From contig CM022674.1 in the NCBI GenBank assembly GCA_012295275.1, positions 15,872,001 to 15,936,000 on the forward strand: 64,000 bases of DNA. The letters are read 5' to 3'. Shown one piece after another: positions 1 to 13,984 of this stretch. The stretch comes from Chrysomallon squamiferum (taxonomy: Eukaryota; Animalia; Mollusca). The notes below the pieces were generated by a model that saw nothing but the letters and a program-made list of their open reading frames with translations, had not been told where the DNA came from and did no database searches. Numbering within the stretch: position 1 is the first letter of the stretch; each line of letters starts with the position of its first letter. A program made the position numbers and the translations under genes.

Positions 1-3
1 TTC

Positions 4-124
<121 letters not shown>

Positions 125-373
125 CTTTCTAACTTCTTATAATAATCCTATTTTCAATCATTATTTTCATTTTCACATCTTCTTCCTATTAGAGTAATCA
201 TTGTTTTTATCATCATCCCCATCATTATTATTTTCACCATTAGTATCACTGTTTTTGTTGTTTTAGTTGTGGTTGTTGTAATATTACAGATAACTATGTG
301 CATGACATTGATCAGGCTTATTACTCAACTTTACAAGCCAGTAAGATTTTCTTCCTCATATTTACCACAGTAG

Positions 374-446
<73 letters not shown>

Positions 447-683
447 CCAGAAAGAAAAGAACAAACGGACATGCACTCATATTTAGAACCGTATACATAC
501 AAACAAATATTCAAAATATCTTCTTACCAATACCTTTTAATTATTTTAAATATTTGTAACTTTAGTCTGACTGAATTGATTTTATAATTATTGTTTTTAC
601 TATTTCTACTGATATTTTTGTTATTATTATTATTGTTATTGTTGTTATCGTTATTATTATTATTATTATTAATGTTGTTGTTG

Positions 684-726
<43 letters not shown>

Positions 727-2004
727 CACCATCGCAGATGCTGGAGATACGCAACACGTGTATGTGCCTTTAAATAAAAAAATAAATCAGGTAAAGTGAA
801 AAATTTATATTAATAACTTGTTGGTCATCCTAGCGACATTAGCAAATTTAGAAATAGCTTTATCATTACAGCAACGTTAGTAGTAGTTGTAGTAATAATA
901 TAAGTTACAGTTATGTAGTAGTAGTAGGAGCACCGATAGAATAAGTAGAAATGTTGATGGTAATGATAGTAGTCGTAACCTCGTGTTGACAAATCTCAAA
1001 GCTTTCTTAGTTTATCAGTCAAAACTAGCTGTATCCTAGCCTGTAATTAACGTAACTACGAAATTTAAAAATAATAATAATAATAAAAAAAACAAATAAA
1101 AAATACCTTTAAAGGTTCGACATGGCATTTTTTCCAGTAAAAGCGCATTAATGATGGTCAAACAGAACTTTTATTATCTGCATATATCGAAATTTAAATA
1201 CAGTTTATTTACTGATTACAATCATTAATACATTTTATTTACTATCTGTCGTTGTTTTATCTTTTGTTTATCTCATAAAACTACATAATCTTTGGCTTTA
1301 TCTCTGTCTCTTTGCTTTTTCTGTAGACACTTTTATTCTCTAAATATACTTTCCCGAAGACAACTGGTAATGTCGACTAACAATGGACAGCCTTTCTCTG
1401 AGATACATGAAAAGGAAAAATAAAATCATTATAAGAGACTGATGTTCATGCACTGATTGTGTTCTATCATTTTCTAAACGTCAAGAATTGTATTACATTC
1501 ACACGAAATATCTATTCTCAGCACGACACTAAAAAAATACTCTCTGTGTGTTTGTCTTTATAACAAAGCAATTTGATTATACTAGTAAAGCGAAAACTGT
1601 CCTCCATTGTCAGTAAAACTAGAACCTCAGTTGGTAGAAACAACCTTACTCACGGACTTTCTTCTGAATTTATTATTGATCTATCTTAATAACCTGTTTT
1701 TAAACGTTTATAATCTAATATAATCTTCATTGTTTAATGTGTCAAATCCTCACAGTCAAGCCGTCTGTTTTCTTACGTTTATTAAATTGAGATGTCAACT
1801 TGTCTTGTCCTTCACCTGTCAGACTTCAAATAAAGTCAAGAGGATGTGTTATGCCGAGGCATTGACAGAATAAAAAAGTGTCAAGAGGTTTGAAGAGGAT
1901 GCAATCAAAGAAAACCTTGAGGTGCAGACTTGAAAGATATTACAGATATATGACTAATTAGTATTAAACAATATTAAATACATCATGAATATGGGAGCCA
2001 GATT

Positions 2005-3110
2005 TACTATTTCCAGCACTACTATTACTATTTCCAGTACTACTACTATTATTACTAGCCCTAGTACTTCCAGTACTACTACAATTATTAGCCCTACAAT
2101 TTGCAGTACTACTATTACTGTTACTGTTACTGTTTCCACTACTATTTCCATTTGGAGTTACCTCCCAACATGGCGATTATCTGTAGAAGCCGCCATTTTT
2201 GGAATTTGCATAATGTCCTGCAATACTATAAGAATTGGGAATAATGACATCATGGTTATTTTTACAAAGTACGTAATGCAATTCTTTTAATTTTATATAA
2301 ATGTTTATTTGATTAAATATTTTATTTTATATGCTAAATATTAACGAATGTGTGGATTTATATTTAAAATAGTCAGATAAAATAAAATGAAAATGACGGC
2401 TTCTGCAGATAATCGCCATGTTGGGAGATAACCCAAAATCGACTGCACGCTCGCTGCTTGGAGTTCGAATCCTCACACGCTCGGATAATTTATATTTCAT
2501 TTCTCATTCCAGGTGATGTCAGTAATTAAGGTAAGTTCAGGAGGATATCAAGGTAAGTTAGGTAAACGTTAACAGTGGTAGAGTTAGTAATAATAGTAGT
2601 ACTGGAAATAGTAGGGCTAGTAAAGGCTCGTAATAATAGCAGTGGAAAAGGTAGAGCTAATAATAATAGTACTAGTAGTAGTGGTAATCGAAATAGTAGG
2701 GCTACTAATAATAGTAGTAATGTAAATAGGAGGGCTACTAATAATAGTAGTATTGGTACTGGAAAAAGTATTGGAAGTAATAATAGTAGTACTGGAAATA
2801 GAAATTCTAGTAATAATAGTAGTACTGAATATAGTACGAATAGTAATAATAGGAGTAGTAGTAATAGAACTAGTAGGGCTACTAATTATAGTAATAATGG
2901 AAATGGTAGGAATAGTAATAATGGTTGTGGAACAGTAGGGCTACTAACAATAATAGTAGAAATACTGGAAATATTGGGGCTAATAATGGAAATGGTAGAG
3001 CTAGTAATAAAAGTAATAGAAATATTGTAGTATTGGGGCAAAAGTATTTGAAGTAATAATAGTAGTATTGGAAATAGTAGGGCTAGTAATAATAGTGGCA
3101 ATGTTTCAGA
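2005..3110. repeat. Degenerate ACT/AGT-rich minisatellite arrays in opposite orientations (2005-2150 and ~2575-3110)
   Basis: Left array repeats tactactattattactagccc/ttccagtac; right array repeats the reverse complement (gtactggaaatagtagggctagtaa). Confidence 0.8.
2151..2438. mobile_element. MITE-like element with ~48-bp terminal inverted repeats
   Basis: tttggagttacctcccaacatggcgattatctgtagaagccgccatttt (2151-2199) is the near-perfect reverse complement of aaaatgacggcttctgcagataatcgccatgttgggagataacccaaa (2390-2437); interior is AT-rich and non-coding. Confidence 0.8.
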
Positions 3111-4270
3111 ATAATTTAATATGTGCGACGGTATAAAATCAAGAATTGAAATGTAATATTTTCCTTGGAATAAGGCAAGGGGGGAAAACGTCATCTTTTT
3201 TTATTTTCATTGTACTAAAATGATTTTACAGATTGTTTCCCTAAATAAAACTGAAATCGGTAACAGATTGCATATCTTTAGTTATTTGTGCAGTTATATC
3301 CTGATGATACTGTACAATTAGGAGAAGGAACAGATGAGTTACAACATCACGTGTACTGTCTTGAAATGAATTGTAAAACGTGGAAATTAAAAGTTAATGC
3401 TCCCGTGTCAAAAATTATGATTTTCTTTCCACAGGAAAATTAAAAACAGATTTATATATAAACATATTGAAATAGAAATTGTTGCTGAGGTTTATCAATC
3501 GACTGTTAGTTAGATTAGTTTGACAAAATTGTAAAACCAATATTGTTATATGCACAGAAATCAGGAGTTTTCAATATTGCAATATAACTGAAAGATATCA
3601 TCTCACGTTTATCAAATATATAGTATGTGTTAACAAGTCAACACCAAGATTTATGGTTTATGGTGAATTATGCAGATATCCATTGTCTATAAATGTTACA
3701 GTAAAAGGTTTACAATTTGGGCAAACATTGCTAACTGTAAAGAGTATAAACTGTCTCGTATATTATAAATGTTGTTATCTTATAACCATAGTATGAATGC
3801 TTCTGTAATAGCTTATATTATGTTTCTAATATTAGATGAATGTGTTTATGAAGTATATATTCGTGTGTTCAAGTAAATGTTTTGCGCCAATTAAAAATGT
3901 TAGAACTTCATTTAAAGTTAATAATGTCAAGCTTCCTATATAAACTGGTAAACGGTTCAATATTGAAACACAGAAAATATCACTTATGCAATGTTGATAT
4001 TGGCGATGAGTTTCTCTGTATATTTAAGTGGACATTTTTAACTTTTCAGAGAAATAAATATATACCATAGTATTATACATTTAGACCAAATACAATAACA
4101 TTTCAACATATATTTTCTACAACAAAAATCACTTTTGTGTAAACGTTCCTGAAATTTTCATATTGTCATTGAAAGAGTAATCTTGCGGATTATGTTATAA
4201 TTATCGTTATCATTATGACTATGTTTTGTTTAAATGTTCTCAATACTGCACGCGGTGCAATCATAATTTT

Positions 4271-4634
4271 TCACTTGTCTCTTGACTTACTTATTCCAAG
4301 ATACACGTGACTTCCGTCACCACTAGATGGCGTGTTAGCATACTGTGATTCATTCTGACGTATTCGCTCGTAATTGCTACTTTCAGCATCAGTGTTGGAG
4401 ACATGAAGATAAACATGGTCATCGTCGACTGCTGTATTAATATACTGTGCAGGACTCAGTTGTAGTTGTTCGTAGTCGTTACCACTGATGTTGACTGGAC
4501 TAGGAGTCGCATTATAATTTCCGATATGAGTATTTTTAACGCTGATGTTGTTAGCAGTGTTGTAGTAACTTACATCATTGGTGACGTTACCGTCGACGTT
4601 GTTTGAAGTCTGTTTACAGTTTGTTGACTTTCTT
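4271..4634 (-). CDS. Terminal exon: cytoplasmic tail with multiple YxxL/I/V/T motifs
   Basis: Acceptor ttctgcag at 4635; open frame RKSTNCKQ...VSYYNT...NDYEQL...QYINT...HVYLHV...SNYERI...QYANT...HVYLGISKSRDK*. Confidence 0.7.
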
Positions 4635-5751
4635 CTGCAGAAAATGTATATTAGTAGTAGTAGTAGTAGCAGTAGTAGTAGTAGTATCATTATTTGTGTG
4701 CTCAAAACAAAAAGATTTGCCCTGCTCACGATTTGAATACGTGTCATGCTGTCTTAACTTTTTCGATTAAATGGAAAGGATTGCTTAAATACATACGACA
4801 TAACCAGCAGAAAATAAATACAGATATAATATACAAATTAAGTGTACAGTATTACATATAGCTCAGAAGGGCTTTTCTGAATTCCAGAGTAAAAACGTTG
4901 GTGAAGATTGCTCAGAACTTGCCATGCTTATCGGTGATCAGTTAAGCTTAGCACAGAAGATCGTGCTGTCAAATGAATCTTACGATATAAGAAACCATGA
5001 ATATTTGAATGTGTGCTGCTTAAACCCTGATATTACGAATAGGGTCTGCTTATACCCTGTTACGATTTGTAGGGTCTTAAATTTGGTGTAGCTAATAACT
5101 ACAATGACTAAAATCTTCAGTGATATGTCGAAACGAACACTGATTAGTGGATTCCTTGGCAGCTCACACATTCCGGAAAATCTGTATTTTATAATACCTG
5201 GAAAAGATTTATTTTCTGCAGATGATTCTGCAGCAAATGATTAAGTAGATTCTGTTTTTCCTACACTGTTGTTGTCGGTGATGTCTGGATATATTGGTGA
5301 CGTCGGTTCCGGGGTTCTGGCTGTTGATGTGCGTGTGGTTGTCGTGGTTAGATGGTTGTGTGGCGAAAAGCACTGGACACTTAAACTGCCTGCTTTAATA
5401 GTAAACATGTTGGTAACATAAACAGAGTATTATTGTTATTGACGTTGTTATTGATATTATTATTGTTATTATTATTAGTAGTAGTAGTAGTAGTAGTAGA
5501 AGTAGTAGTATTTTCATCATCATCATCTGTCGTATTATTAATGTGATCAACATCATTAGCACATCATTATAACATCATAAACATTCTTGTTTTGGTTTTG
5601 GTTTTTACTCTTATCATCATTATTGTAATTATTTTATTCATCACATATTTTAATCATAGCCATTAGAACAAGAAACAGTTTAAAATAATTAATATTCTTA
5701 CTAATGGATGTTCCACATTCATAAATTGTTTACTTAAAATAAAATTTCCAC

Positions 5752-6090
5752 CTGAACCAGTGTTCCAGAAATTGATGCAGAAAGTTGATCTCACTGGAGC
5801 AGATTCTGCGTTAAGACGTAGCAGATATCCTTTACTATCAATAACATGTTTGTATGTTGTTTTACGTCCACTGCTTCTACATGAAAATGGTACAGAAGTT
5901 GTTGGCTCCTCTACAGTTAAAGTAAATTTAGAGTTTTCTTCGGAATTTTGAATGATGACAAAACCAATCTGAGTTGCTTGTGTTTAGTGAAGAGAACAGT
6001 TACAAGTGATACTCGTGTTTTCTGTTACATACACGTCAATATAGAAACCTTGAATATTACTAATTACTTCATCTTTACACATATATATTA
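5752..6090 (-). pseudogene. Ectodomain exon copy 2 (339 nt, in-frame TAA)
   Basis: IYMCKDEVISNIQGFYIDVYVTENTSITCNCSLH*TQATQIGFV...DSKGYLLRLNAESAPVRSTFCINFWNTGS; flanked by AG/GT; paralogous to 7362-7702. Confidence 0.75.
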
Positions 6091-6736
6091 CTGAAAATAA
6101 TAATAATAATAATATTATTAATAATGAAATCTTTATCAAACTCAAGATATTTTTAGATCTGCAAGTTTATATAAACTAATGAACTAAACATGGAAACTAA
6201 GAATAAGTAAATGCATAAATAAACAAACAGATAATAAATAAATAAAAATATAAAATAGCAAATAAATAAATAAATAAATAAATGGCACCGGTAACATGGG
6301 AGAGAATAATCAATACATAATAAAAATTGTATTATTCGTTTTTTCTTAAGCTATTACGGAAGTTAATTTTTTTCAAAATAGGTAATTTTGTTTAAAATAC
6401 CAAAATAGGAAATGAAAATTATAAAAAACATTAATAAATAAGTCAATAAATAAATAAGAATTTAAATTTAAGAAAGCAAGTAAATAAATACCTGAATTGA
6501 CTGGTGTATTTGGACATGCGATGTTAGCTGAAATCACAAAGAGTTGTTATGAGTAATTATTATTGTTGATGTATGTGTTATTTTCGTCAACATTGTCGTC
6601 TTTATTAACACAAAATTATTAAAAATAAAATTACTATCTATTATGGCATTTATACTTTTTTCAATGTGTGTTTCTATAAACAAGCATATACTATCAGGAT
6701 GTATATGCTTATAACATCATGAAAATAACGTTCTAA

Positions 6737-6840
<104 letters not shown>

Positions 6841-7361
6841 GTCTCTGTATCTCTCTGTCTCTGCCAAACACACACTAAAAATGTACAGAGCCATAGAGCT
6901 ATGGCAGACAGGCAAACACACAAATACATAGGTAAACAGATACAGTTTTGGAGATGCCTGTAGAAGGATGTATAAAAATAATAAAATAAACATAAAATGC
7001 AAGTACAAATGAAACTAAATCTTTCTTACGCTTATTCTCCATTGGCGTCGTTGTCGGAGGTTGTGTAGTAGTAGTTTCAAATGGTAAATAACACTGTACA
7101 CGTAGACTTCCTGAATAATGTAATTTGATTAGAACTTTATTTGCATTGTAAATAAATCAATAAAAACTACTAACTATAAAGCAAATAAAACGTGAACATA
7201 AAAAAAATACTGAATAAGAAAAAATATTAAAATTATTTTTGAAATCCGATGATGCAGTACTGAAACAAAACATTCTATATTGATACAATATCTCATTCAC
7301 TTACGGACAGTTTAAAAATAATCTAATTAGTAAATGCTCCAGATTAAAATAAAATTTCTAC

Positions 7362-7702
7362 CTAAACCTCCAGTGTTCCAGAAATTGATGCAGAAAGTTG
7401 ATCAACAGCAGCAGATTCTGCGTTAAGACGTAACAGATATCCTTTACTATCAATAACATGTTTGTATGTTGTTATACTTCCACTGCTTCTACACAAAAAT
7501 GATACAGAACTTGTTGGCTCTTCTATAGTTAAAGTAGATTTACAGTTTTCTTCAGAATCTTGTATCTGTACAAAACCAATCTGAGATGTTTGTGTTGAGT
7601 GAAGAGAACAGTTACAAGTGATACTCGTGTTTTCTGATACAAACACGTCAAGATAGAAATCTTGAACATCACTGATTACTTCATATTTACACATATGTAT
7701 CA
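7362..7702 (-). pseudogene. Ectodomain exon copy 1 (341 nt, 1-nt frameshift)
   Basis: IHMCKYEVISDVQDFYLDVFVSENTSITCNCSLHSTQTSQIGFV...LLRLNAESAAV/STFCINFWNTGGL; the frame shifts at ~7403 relative to copy 2 (GTT GA TCA vs GTG AGA TCA). Confidence 0.75.
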
Positions 7703-8699
7703 CTGAAATAATAATAATAATAATAACAACAACAACAACGCAAACAACAATAACAATAACAAAAATAACATCTTTAAACATGTGTATCATAGAAATAACA
7801 CAAAAAACAACAGCTTTATTTTCAAAATCCAAAATACATCATCGTCATATTACAAAACACATCATGATCATCTTCAATCCTAACATTCTAAACTGAGGGG
7901 AACTTAGCTGAGTAACCTTTGGTCGACTGTTGGTGATGGACCACGTGACATTTGAAGCGAAGGAGCTCATTTTCCGTTGTCCGGTAGGTGAAGTTTTTTG
8001 TTATCTTAGTTTTGAAATGAATTGATTTCTCAAATAATATTCATATCTGCGTCTTGTTTATAATCTGGCAATTTATAATATAGGGAAAGAAATGTGTAAG
8101 GCCTGTTGAAAAAAAAAAAAAAAAAAAGAAAGAACAGTAGCTAATAATTAATTCAAACTGATGACGGTTTCTCTTACGAAAAGGTCGTTACCAATCAAAT
8201 AATACAAATTATGAAGTTAAATAACACAGAGAGTTAGATGAATAACATTTGGTATGTTTACATGCAAGCATATTAACGTTAAGCCGACATATGCAAGTTA
8301 GTTACTGCTAAAAAGTGAGACTTCTGCTGTGTATGGAGTGTCGATGATTTGGTGTAGAGAGTGTTGTTTATCAACGTTTTCCTTTTTTGGTGCTGTATCA
8401 GTTTAAACTAAGCTTAAATTTGTAAAACAACGTTATGTTATATAATTTATATGCAGGCACTACCTGCGAATTAAAATTTCATAATTAATTGTATTTAGGC
8501 TTCTAAACACGTTTCATTCACATAGTAACAGAGACAGAGACAGATGGACTTCTGGAGAGTTTGCTGGAAGAATCAGAGCATCCAGGGTTTTCCACATAGT
8601 TTTAAAGCCTCCGCCACTTAAGGAAATCCGCCTGTTAAATTTTACAGCTGTTATTGTGGATATAAAACAGCAGTAAACTCCATCTGCAACATCGCATTC

Positions 8700-8817
8700 T
8701 CAAATATTGTGAATAAATGTTTTTATTTTACACTAGTTTCACTTTCTTTCCATTGGTTATTAATAAACACAAGTACCACTTGATTCAAAAGTTAAAAAGA
8801 TTTTTTATTCACAAAAA
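8700..8817 (+). repeat. Dispersed ~115-bp repeat (second copy ~11970-12085)
   Basis: caaatattgtgaataaa...cattggttattaataaacacaagta...gattcaaaagttaaaaagattttttattcacaaaaa occurs almost identically at both sites. Confidence 0.85.
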
Positions 8818-9405
8818 AGTGGCCAGGAGCTGATATGTTGTTGCTGTTCACAAAAGTCTGTTAGTCTTAAAACACAATACATGTTCAGACACGATTTCAT
8901 GATGGTGATTATTAGTATCTCATCTACAACAGTCTATTCCTTCTCTAATGTGTTATGTAATCTTCGATTCGTTAAAACGATATCATTCAGACTTCACTCC
9001 AAGTGTTCGCCGAGCTGCCAAGATAATGGTGTGAATTTCGAGCGATTTCTTTTGGGTTTTCATTTCGCTCTTCCAGATTGATCCAAATGGTGATCACTTA
9101 AATGTTTAAATAATAAATAAAGTAAAATAAAATGAATGTATATCAATATTTAATGTTATATCTTTTTGGATGAATTAAAGGCTTCTAAATCTAATTCAAC
9201 AATTTCAAGAGTGAATCCGGCAGGACCTTTCATAATAAAAATGAATATGCATAACCTATACTCACATCATGACACAATCTTAATGTACAGTAATCACTCA
9301 ACGAAACAAAAAAGTAATTAGGTTGCGATTTTTGCTAAAGTATCAAGTATGGCCATTTTATTAAACGAAGAAATTATACATGTAGTTACAGATGACAATG
9401 ATAAT

Positions 9406-9476
9406 ACCGGCCTTGTTGGCGCAGTGGTTAAGCCATATGCTAACAGGCTGGTAGGTACTGGTTTCGCTCCCCGTTA
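9406..9476 (+). mobile_element. tRNA-derived SINE head (degenerate, truncated)
   Basis: accggccttgttggcgcagtggttaagcc...ggtaggtactggtttcgctccc: Pol III A-box (TGGCGCAGTGG) and B-box-like (GGTTTCGCTCC) at tRNA-like spacing, but no clean cloverleaf. Confidence 0.6.
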
Positions 9477-10776
9477 TATCATAATAAGTGTGTTCGGTTA
9501 ACAGGAGTACATGGTATCCTCTGTTCCATCTCTTTGTAACCTACAAACAATACATTATTCTTTTTATATACATCAACCGTGTCTTTCATGTTGTCTTTGG
9601 TGACTATACCAGTTGAACACTTTTTTCATTTCAGCATTTTCTGACTTCAGTCAATATTTTTTTCTCATCTGATCAGTCGTCACAGAGTTGTCTGCAGTGC
9701 ATAGTACTGTTCTGGTTTCTACAATCATTATTGAACGTTATGTAAACATTATGAGATAATCGTAGTGGTCCTTTTTGTGTAAGCTGCATCAAACCAGTCG
9801 ATTAAATCAGTTACTTTTGTGGTATGTTATCACAGTATAACACGGTGGTCACCAGCACTAAGTCAGCAGCAATTTGCACAGCGCATTCACTCAGATTGAA
9901 TCGATGTTCATGGATCCTTGAACCAAAATTTACAATAAAATAATTATTCTCGTTAATATCTACATACAAATTTGTATTTAATATTAAATACATTAATAGT
10001 TAAACTGAATAATGTAACACTTGGGTTTGCAGAAAAGTATGACTACCAGCTGATTTTCGTGTGCCGTTCTTTAAATACAATAAACCCATTAGATTTTTTT
10101 AAACTGAATAAAGACTTTAATAGACTAAACTTGAATTAGGTGATCTTTTTTTTTTTTTTTTTTTTTTTTTTTGTTTCCGGGTTTATTGATATAAGGCCAC
10201 AACTCGAGAAAATAATCACCTACCTCGTTCATTTTGAGGCGCACTCCGTTGCAAATGTCACGTGACCGATCACCAACAGACGGTCCTTGAGTACACATCA
10301 CTCCCAGTGGTTAGTACGGTATAATTCACTTAGACATTTTCCTAAAATATTTATTACATACCTGCAGTATTCGATGAACTGGGACAAGCATTATTAGCGG
10401 AAAAGGGCAAAAAATAAAACAAATATTGATCAATTTTGGATGAACAGTAAAACTATTAAAGATATTCTAAAGATATTTATTGAAAAAAATGAACAAGTAA
10501 TATTCTACGATAAGGTATTGGAAAATTAAACAAAGTTATATTTATGTTAACATATGTCAATAATAACAACGTTATATTTTTATATATCCAACTACAGTGT
10601 AAACGACGTATATTTACGTTTAAACAAAACAGTAGAAACAAAGCTAACTTATATACTGTGTAAATAACATAAATACTTACCATGGAAAACATAAGCTAAC
10701 ACTGCAGACAATAAAAATATCTGCCATGCAATGTAGGTCTTCATATTTTCTATTGTTTACACTTATTACGTTAACG

Positions 10777-10850
10777 CAGTATTTCCCAACCGGTGCTCCT
10801 CGGAGCCCTTCTGCTCCGCGGTGCATCGTCAAGAGCTCCGCGAGAGATGA
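10777..10850 (+). mobile_element. hAT-like DNA transposon terminal fragment
   Basis: Begins cagtatttcccaaccggtgctcc, resembling the CAGTG(G/T)TTCCCAAC termini of hAT/Charlie-type elements; GC-rich island in AT-rich DNA; no partner TIR found. Confidence 0.4.
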
Positions 10851-11149
10851 CATAACTAATAGATAAAAAAGGAGAAACTGGGGACAGTTAAAAGGACAGA
10901 ATGAAATACACAGAACAAACGAATACACTTAAAATAACATTACGATGATTACTATGTACAATGCACATTGATAATATGGATATCATGCCTAATTTAAATA
11001 GTAATTTGTATAAATAAATAACTATTTAATTAGTTAAAGTGTAAATAGTTTCTAATATATATAAAAAAAATAAAAAAAAATAAAAAAACAAAGTTTATTT
11101 TACTTTTCAGGTAAATCATTAGTATTGCACAGAAGCAAAAATATTTATG

Positions 11150-11765
11150 ACGTCACTGATGACGTACTGCCAACCCCTTGCATTGAGACGCACGTGGTTG
11201 TTAGAAGCACATGAGTTAGTTGCGAATAGAGCAGTGTGGGTGCGTGTTGTGTTTTGTCTTCTCTCCTACCTGCCAATATTTGAACACAATCTTTAACGCG
11301 TGAAAGATGATGAAGTATTTGAAAAGAAGAGGTGCAAGTGAAGAAGAGGACAGTGGAGATGAGCAACACTTAGCAGAGCAAAGTACAAGTAAGGTAGCTT
11401 AAAATAAAATAAATGTGTGAGGGAGGGCACCGCAGGATATTAAATAATGTTATAGGGCTCCGCATTGATGGAAAGCAATCCACGTAGTAAAGAATCGTGG
11501 AAATTGTTGTTAAATGTTATGTAGTGAAGTATTAAACTTGATGTACCAGGAAGTATTTACACCTTCAGCATGAATGCCTGTGTACTATTTTTATAGCTGG
11601 GCCACACAATAAATGAAAGACAGTGTTATACCTGTATACATAGTCATGTTGTGAGTCAAATAGAAAAAGAAATATGGGCTTTGATTAAGTTTTGAAATTA
11701 AGTCAACAATAGAATGTACAGAGGTAGAAGAAAACCTGCGTGTGGATGAGAGTGATTTGAATATG
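11150..11765 (-). mobile_element. Highly degenerate retroelement fragment, possibly Penelope-like reverse transcriptase
   Basis: Broken minus-strand translation (SIVDLISKLNQSPYFFFYLTHNMTMYTG ... FLVHQV ... LPYLYFAL) loosely follows Penelope RT motif order; many stops and frameshifts. Confidence 0.3.
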
Positions 11766-12966
11766 TATACTTAAGTGATATATCTATAGATATGCATACA
11801 TACGTACATTGTCCGTGTGTGTCTGTGTGTGTATCTATGTACATATGTGTGTATATTGCATATATATGTAGACACACACACACATATATATATATATATA
11901 ACTGTTGTATTTTTTACACTGAATTCACAAAAAAAGTTCTACATTCACTCTGTGTTTGAAATAAACTCACAAATATTGTGAATAAATATTTTATTTTACA
12001 CTAATTTCACTTTCTTTCCATTGGTTATTAATAAACACAAGTAACAATTGATTCAAAAGTTAAAAAGATTTTTTATTCACAAAAATCATGATTATTAACT
12101 GATTTACAATAGATATATTTAAACAATGGTTAACAAACAAATCGAAGATATTTTACAAATTATTCTAAGGATAATGAGCAAAGAGTTTGGAATGATTTTT
12201 CATTCTCAATGTTCAATCATGCCTGTACTGGGCACCCTATTCGAGTAAATTTAGAAGTTAATTTCACAGATAATTAATTGCAAACATTTAAATGAAAATT
12301 AATAATCATTAAACATAATTATTATTAATAAGCAAATATGAAATACTAATTATAATTAGAAATTTAATTTAAAATGTAGAATAATTATTACCTATGTGAA
12401 AATGTAAAATGATGTTATAATAACAAATTACATTTAATTTAAAATACATGTATGTAAAATAATTGTTAAATCATAATTATTTTCAGTACGAAAATGTAAA
12501 ATAATAATTATCATAACAAATTAGGAATAAGCTGAACACTCACAATGACTGTTTTATGGATAAACACAAAGCCTGGATTTCATCTAGTTTTATCACAGTT
12601 CAGTTTTTTCCCTTTCGTGGTTTAATAATGTGTTATGAATCTGCTAATGTAAAAATATTGTAACAGTAATCTGTCGCGAATAGGGAAATAAAAGCAATTG
12701 TTATACTAAAATATTATGAATGTGCAAATTAAAGTATTATGCTAATATATTATGAATATACAAATTAAAGTAACTTTTGTAACAATTAGGAATGCGGAAA
12801 AGCAAAATATTTATTACGTATTTGTTTGTTTTTTCTGAATATTCAAATGTAAAATATAACAAATTATGAATGATCAAATGTTAACTGAAAAAAAGACAAA
12901 TAAAAATGTATTACAACTTTCTTCATTTCAGAACATTTTAGTAACAGCAGTATGTAAGTGCATGTA

Positions 12967-13530
12967 CCGTATATACTTGTGTATAAGTCGAATTTTTGGG
13001 AGACTATATTAAGGTAATATTTTGGGGGTCGACTTATACATAGGTAATGATTTTGTAGCTGTTGCTGAAGAGTCGCCATTTTGACTATTTTTGCTACGAG
13101 ATGCTAATAATCGCGGTCTTTCAGCTTTTCAAAAATAAAATTTTATGGTATAAAAATTTTTGAAAAATTAAATAACAAAACCAAATATGAATGTAAAACA
13201 TGATATTCTTCCGTTTAATGACATAAAAATACATTTTAAAGCGAGAAAACCGTCAGTACGGCGTTATGCCTTACGGCGTCTTACAATGATTTAGGCTAAT
13301 GATCGTGTAATACATGCATTTACGTTATTATGGTATGTTCGTGCAAGTTATGTTACAGTAGGCGTACAATGTAGGCCTTCACAGCACTGTCACACTGGTC
13401 TAAAAATAGTGACGGTGCCTGGAATCTACAGTCGACTTATACACAAGTAATACCTAAAATGACGCAATTTTTGATCTTAAAATACACATCGACTTAAACA
13501 TTAGGTCGGCTTGTACACAAGTATATACGG
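12967..13530. mobile_element. Tc1/mariner-superfamily (Tc2/pogo-type) MITE with TA target-site duplication
   Basis: TA|CCGTATATACTTGTGTATAAGTCGA at 12965-12991 and TCGGCTTGTACACAAGTATATACGG|TA at 13506-13532; internal subterminal (g)tcgactta repeats at ~13029, 13432 and 13489. Confidence 0.85.
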
Positions 13531-13953
13531 TATGTATGTATGTATGTATGTATGTATGTATGTTTGTATGTTTGTAGTCCGTATACTTGTGTGTGTGTGT
13601 TTATGAGCATATACAGAAAAGACGAACACAATACAAGTCATTAAAATAATTTAAGTGGGATTTTGTATACATATTGCAAATATAAAGAAATGAGAAAGTT
13701 GTTTTAACATATTCAAAAACAGGTTTAATAACAACTGTAAAGTTATTCTTCAAAAATAAATTATATATATATATATATATATATGGTGGGTTTTTTGGAA
13801 TATATTATATTGATAGGTATCTGGAATCATGGATACAAGGTATTTGTGAAGGCAAACACATAGATATGCACAAGTATTGACACACATGTATACTTACAAA
13901 CATATATATATAGACACCAAAGGATACATATACACACATATACAGACACACAC

Positions 13954-13984
<31 letters not shown>

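Noticed and set aside
298-773. ORFs with ERERER, poly-N and poly-L tracts (and the many HT/CV/SL/poly-I ORFs across the window)
   Set aside because: They are translations of (GA)n, (AAT)n and (CA)n microsatellites, with no domain content or splice support.
730-1660. Several short AG...GT-flanked blocks on the minus strand (~730-768, ~1108-1177, ~1350-1397)
   Set aside because: They could not be joined into a consistent frame, and no protein motif was recognised.
1954-3194. Ser/Asn/Thr- or Val/Ile-rich ORFs on both strands
   Set aside because: They arise from the ACT-rich minisatellite; overlapping frames on both strands indicate low-complexity DNA.
9406-9476. Possible tRNA gene
   Set aside because: A/B boxes are present, but acceptor and anticodon stems do not pair convincingly; better explained as a SINE head.
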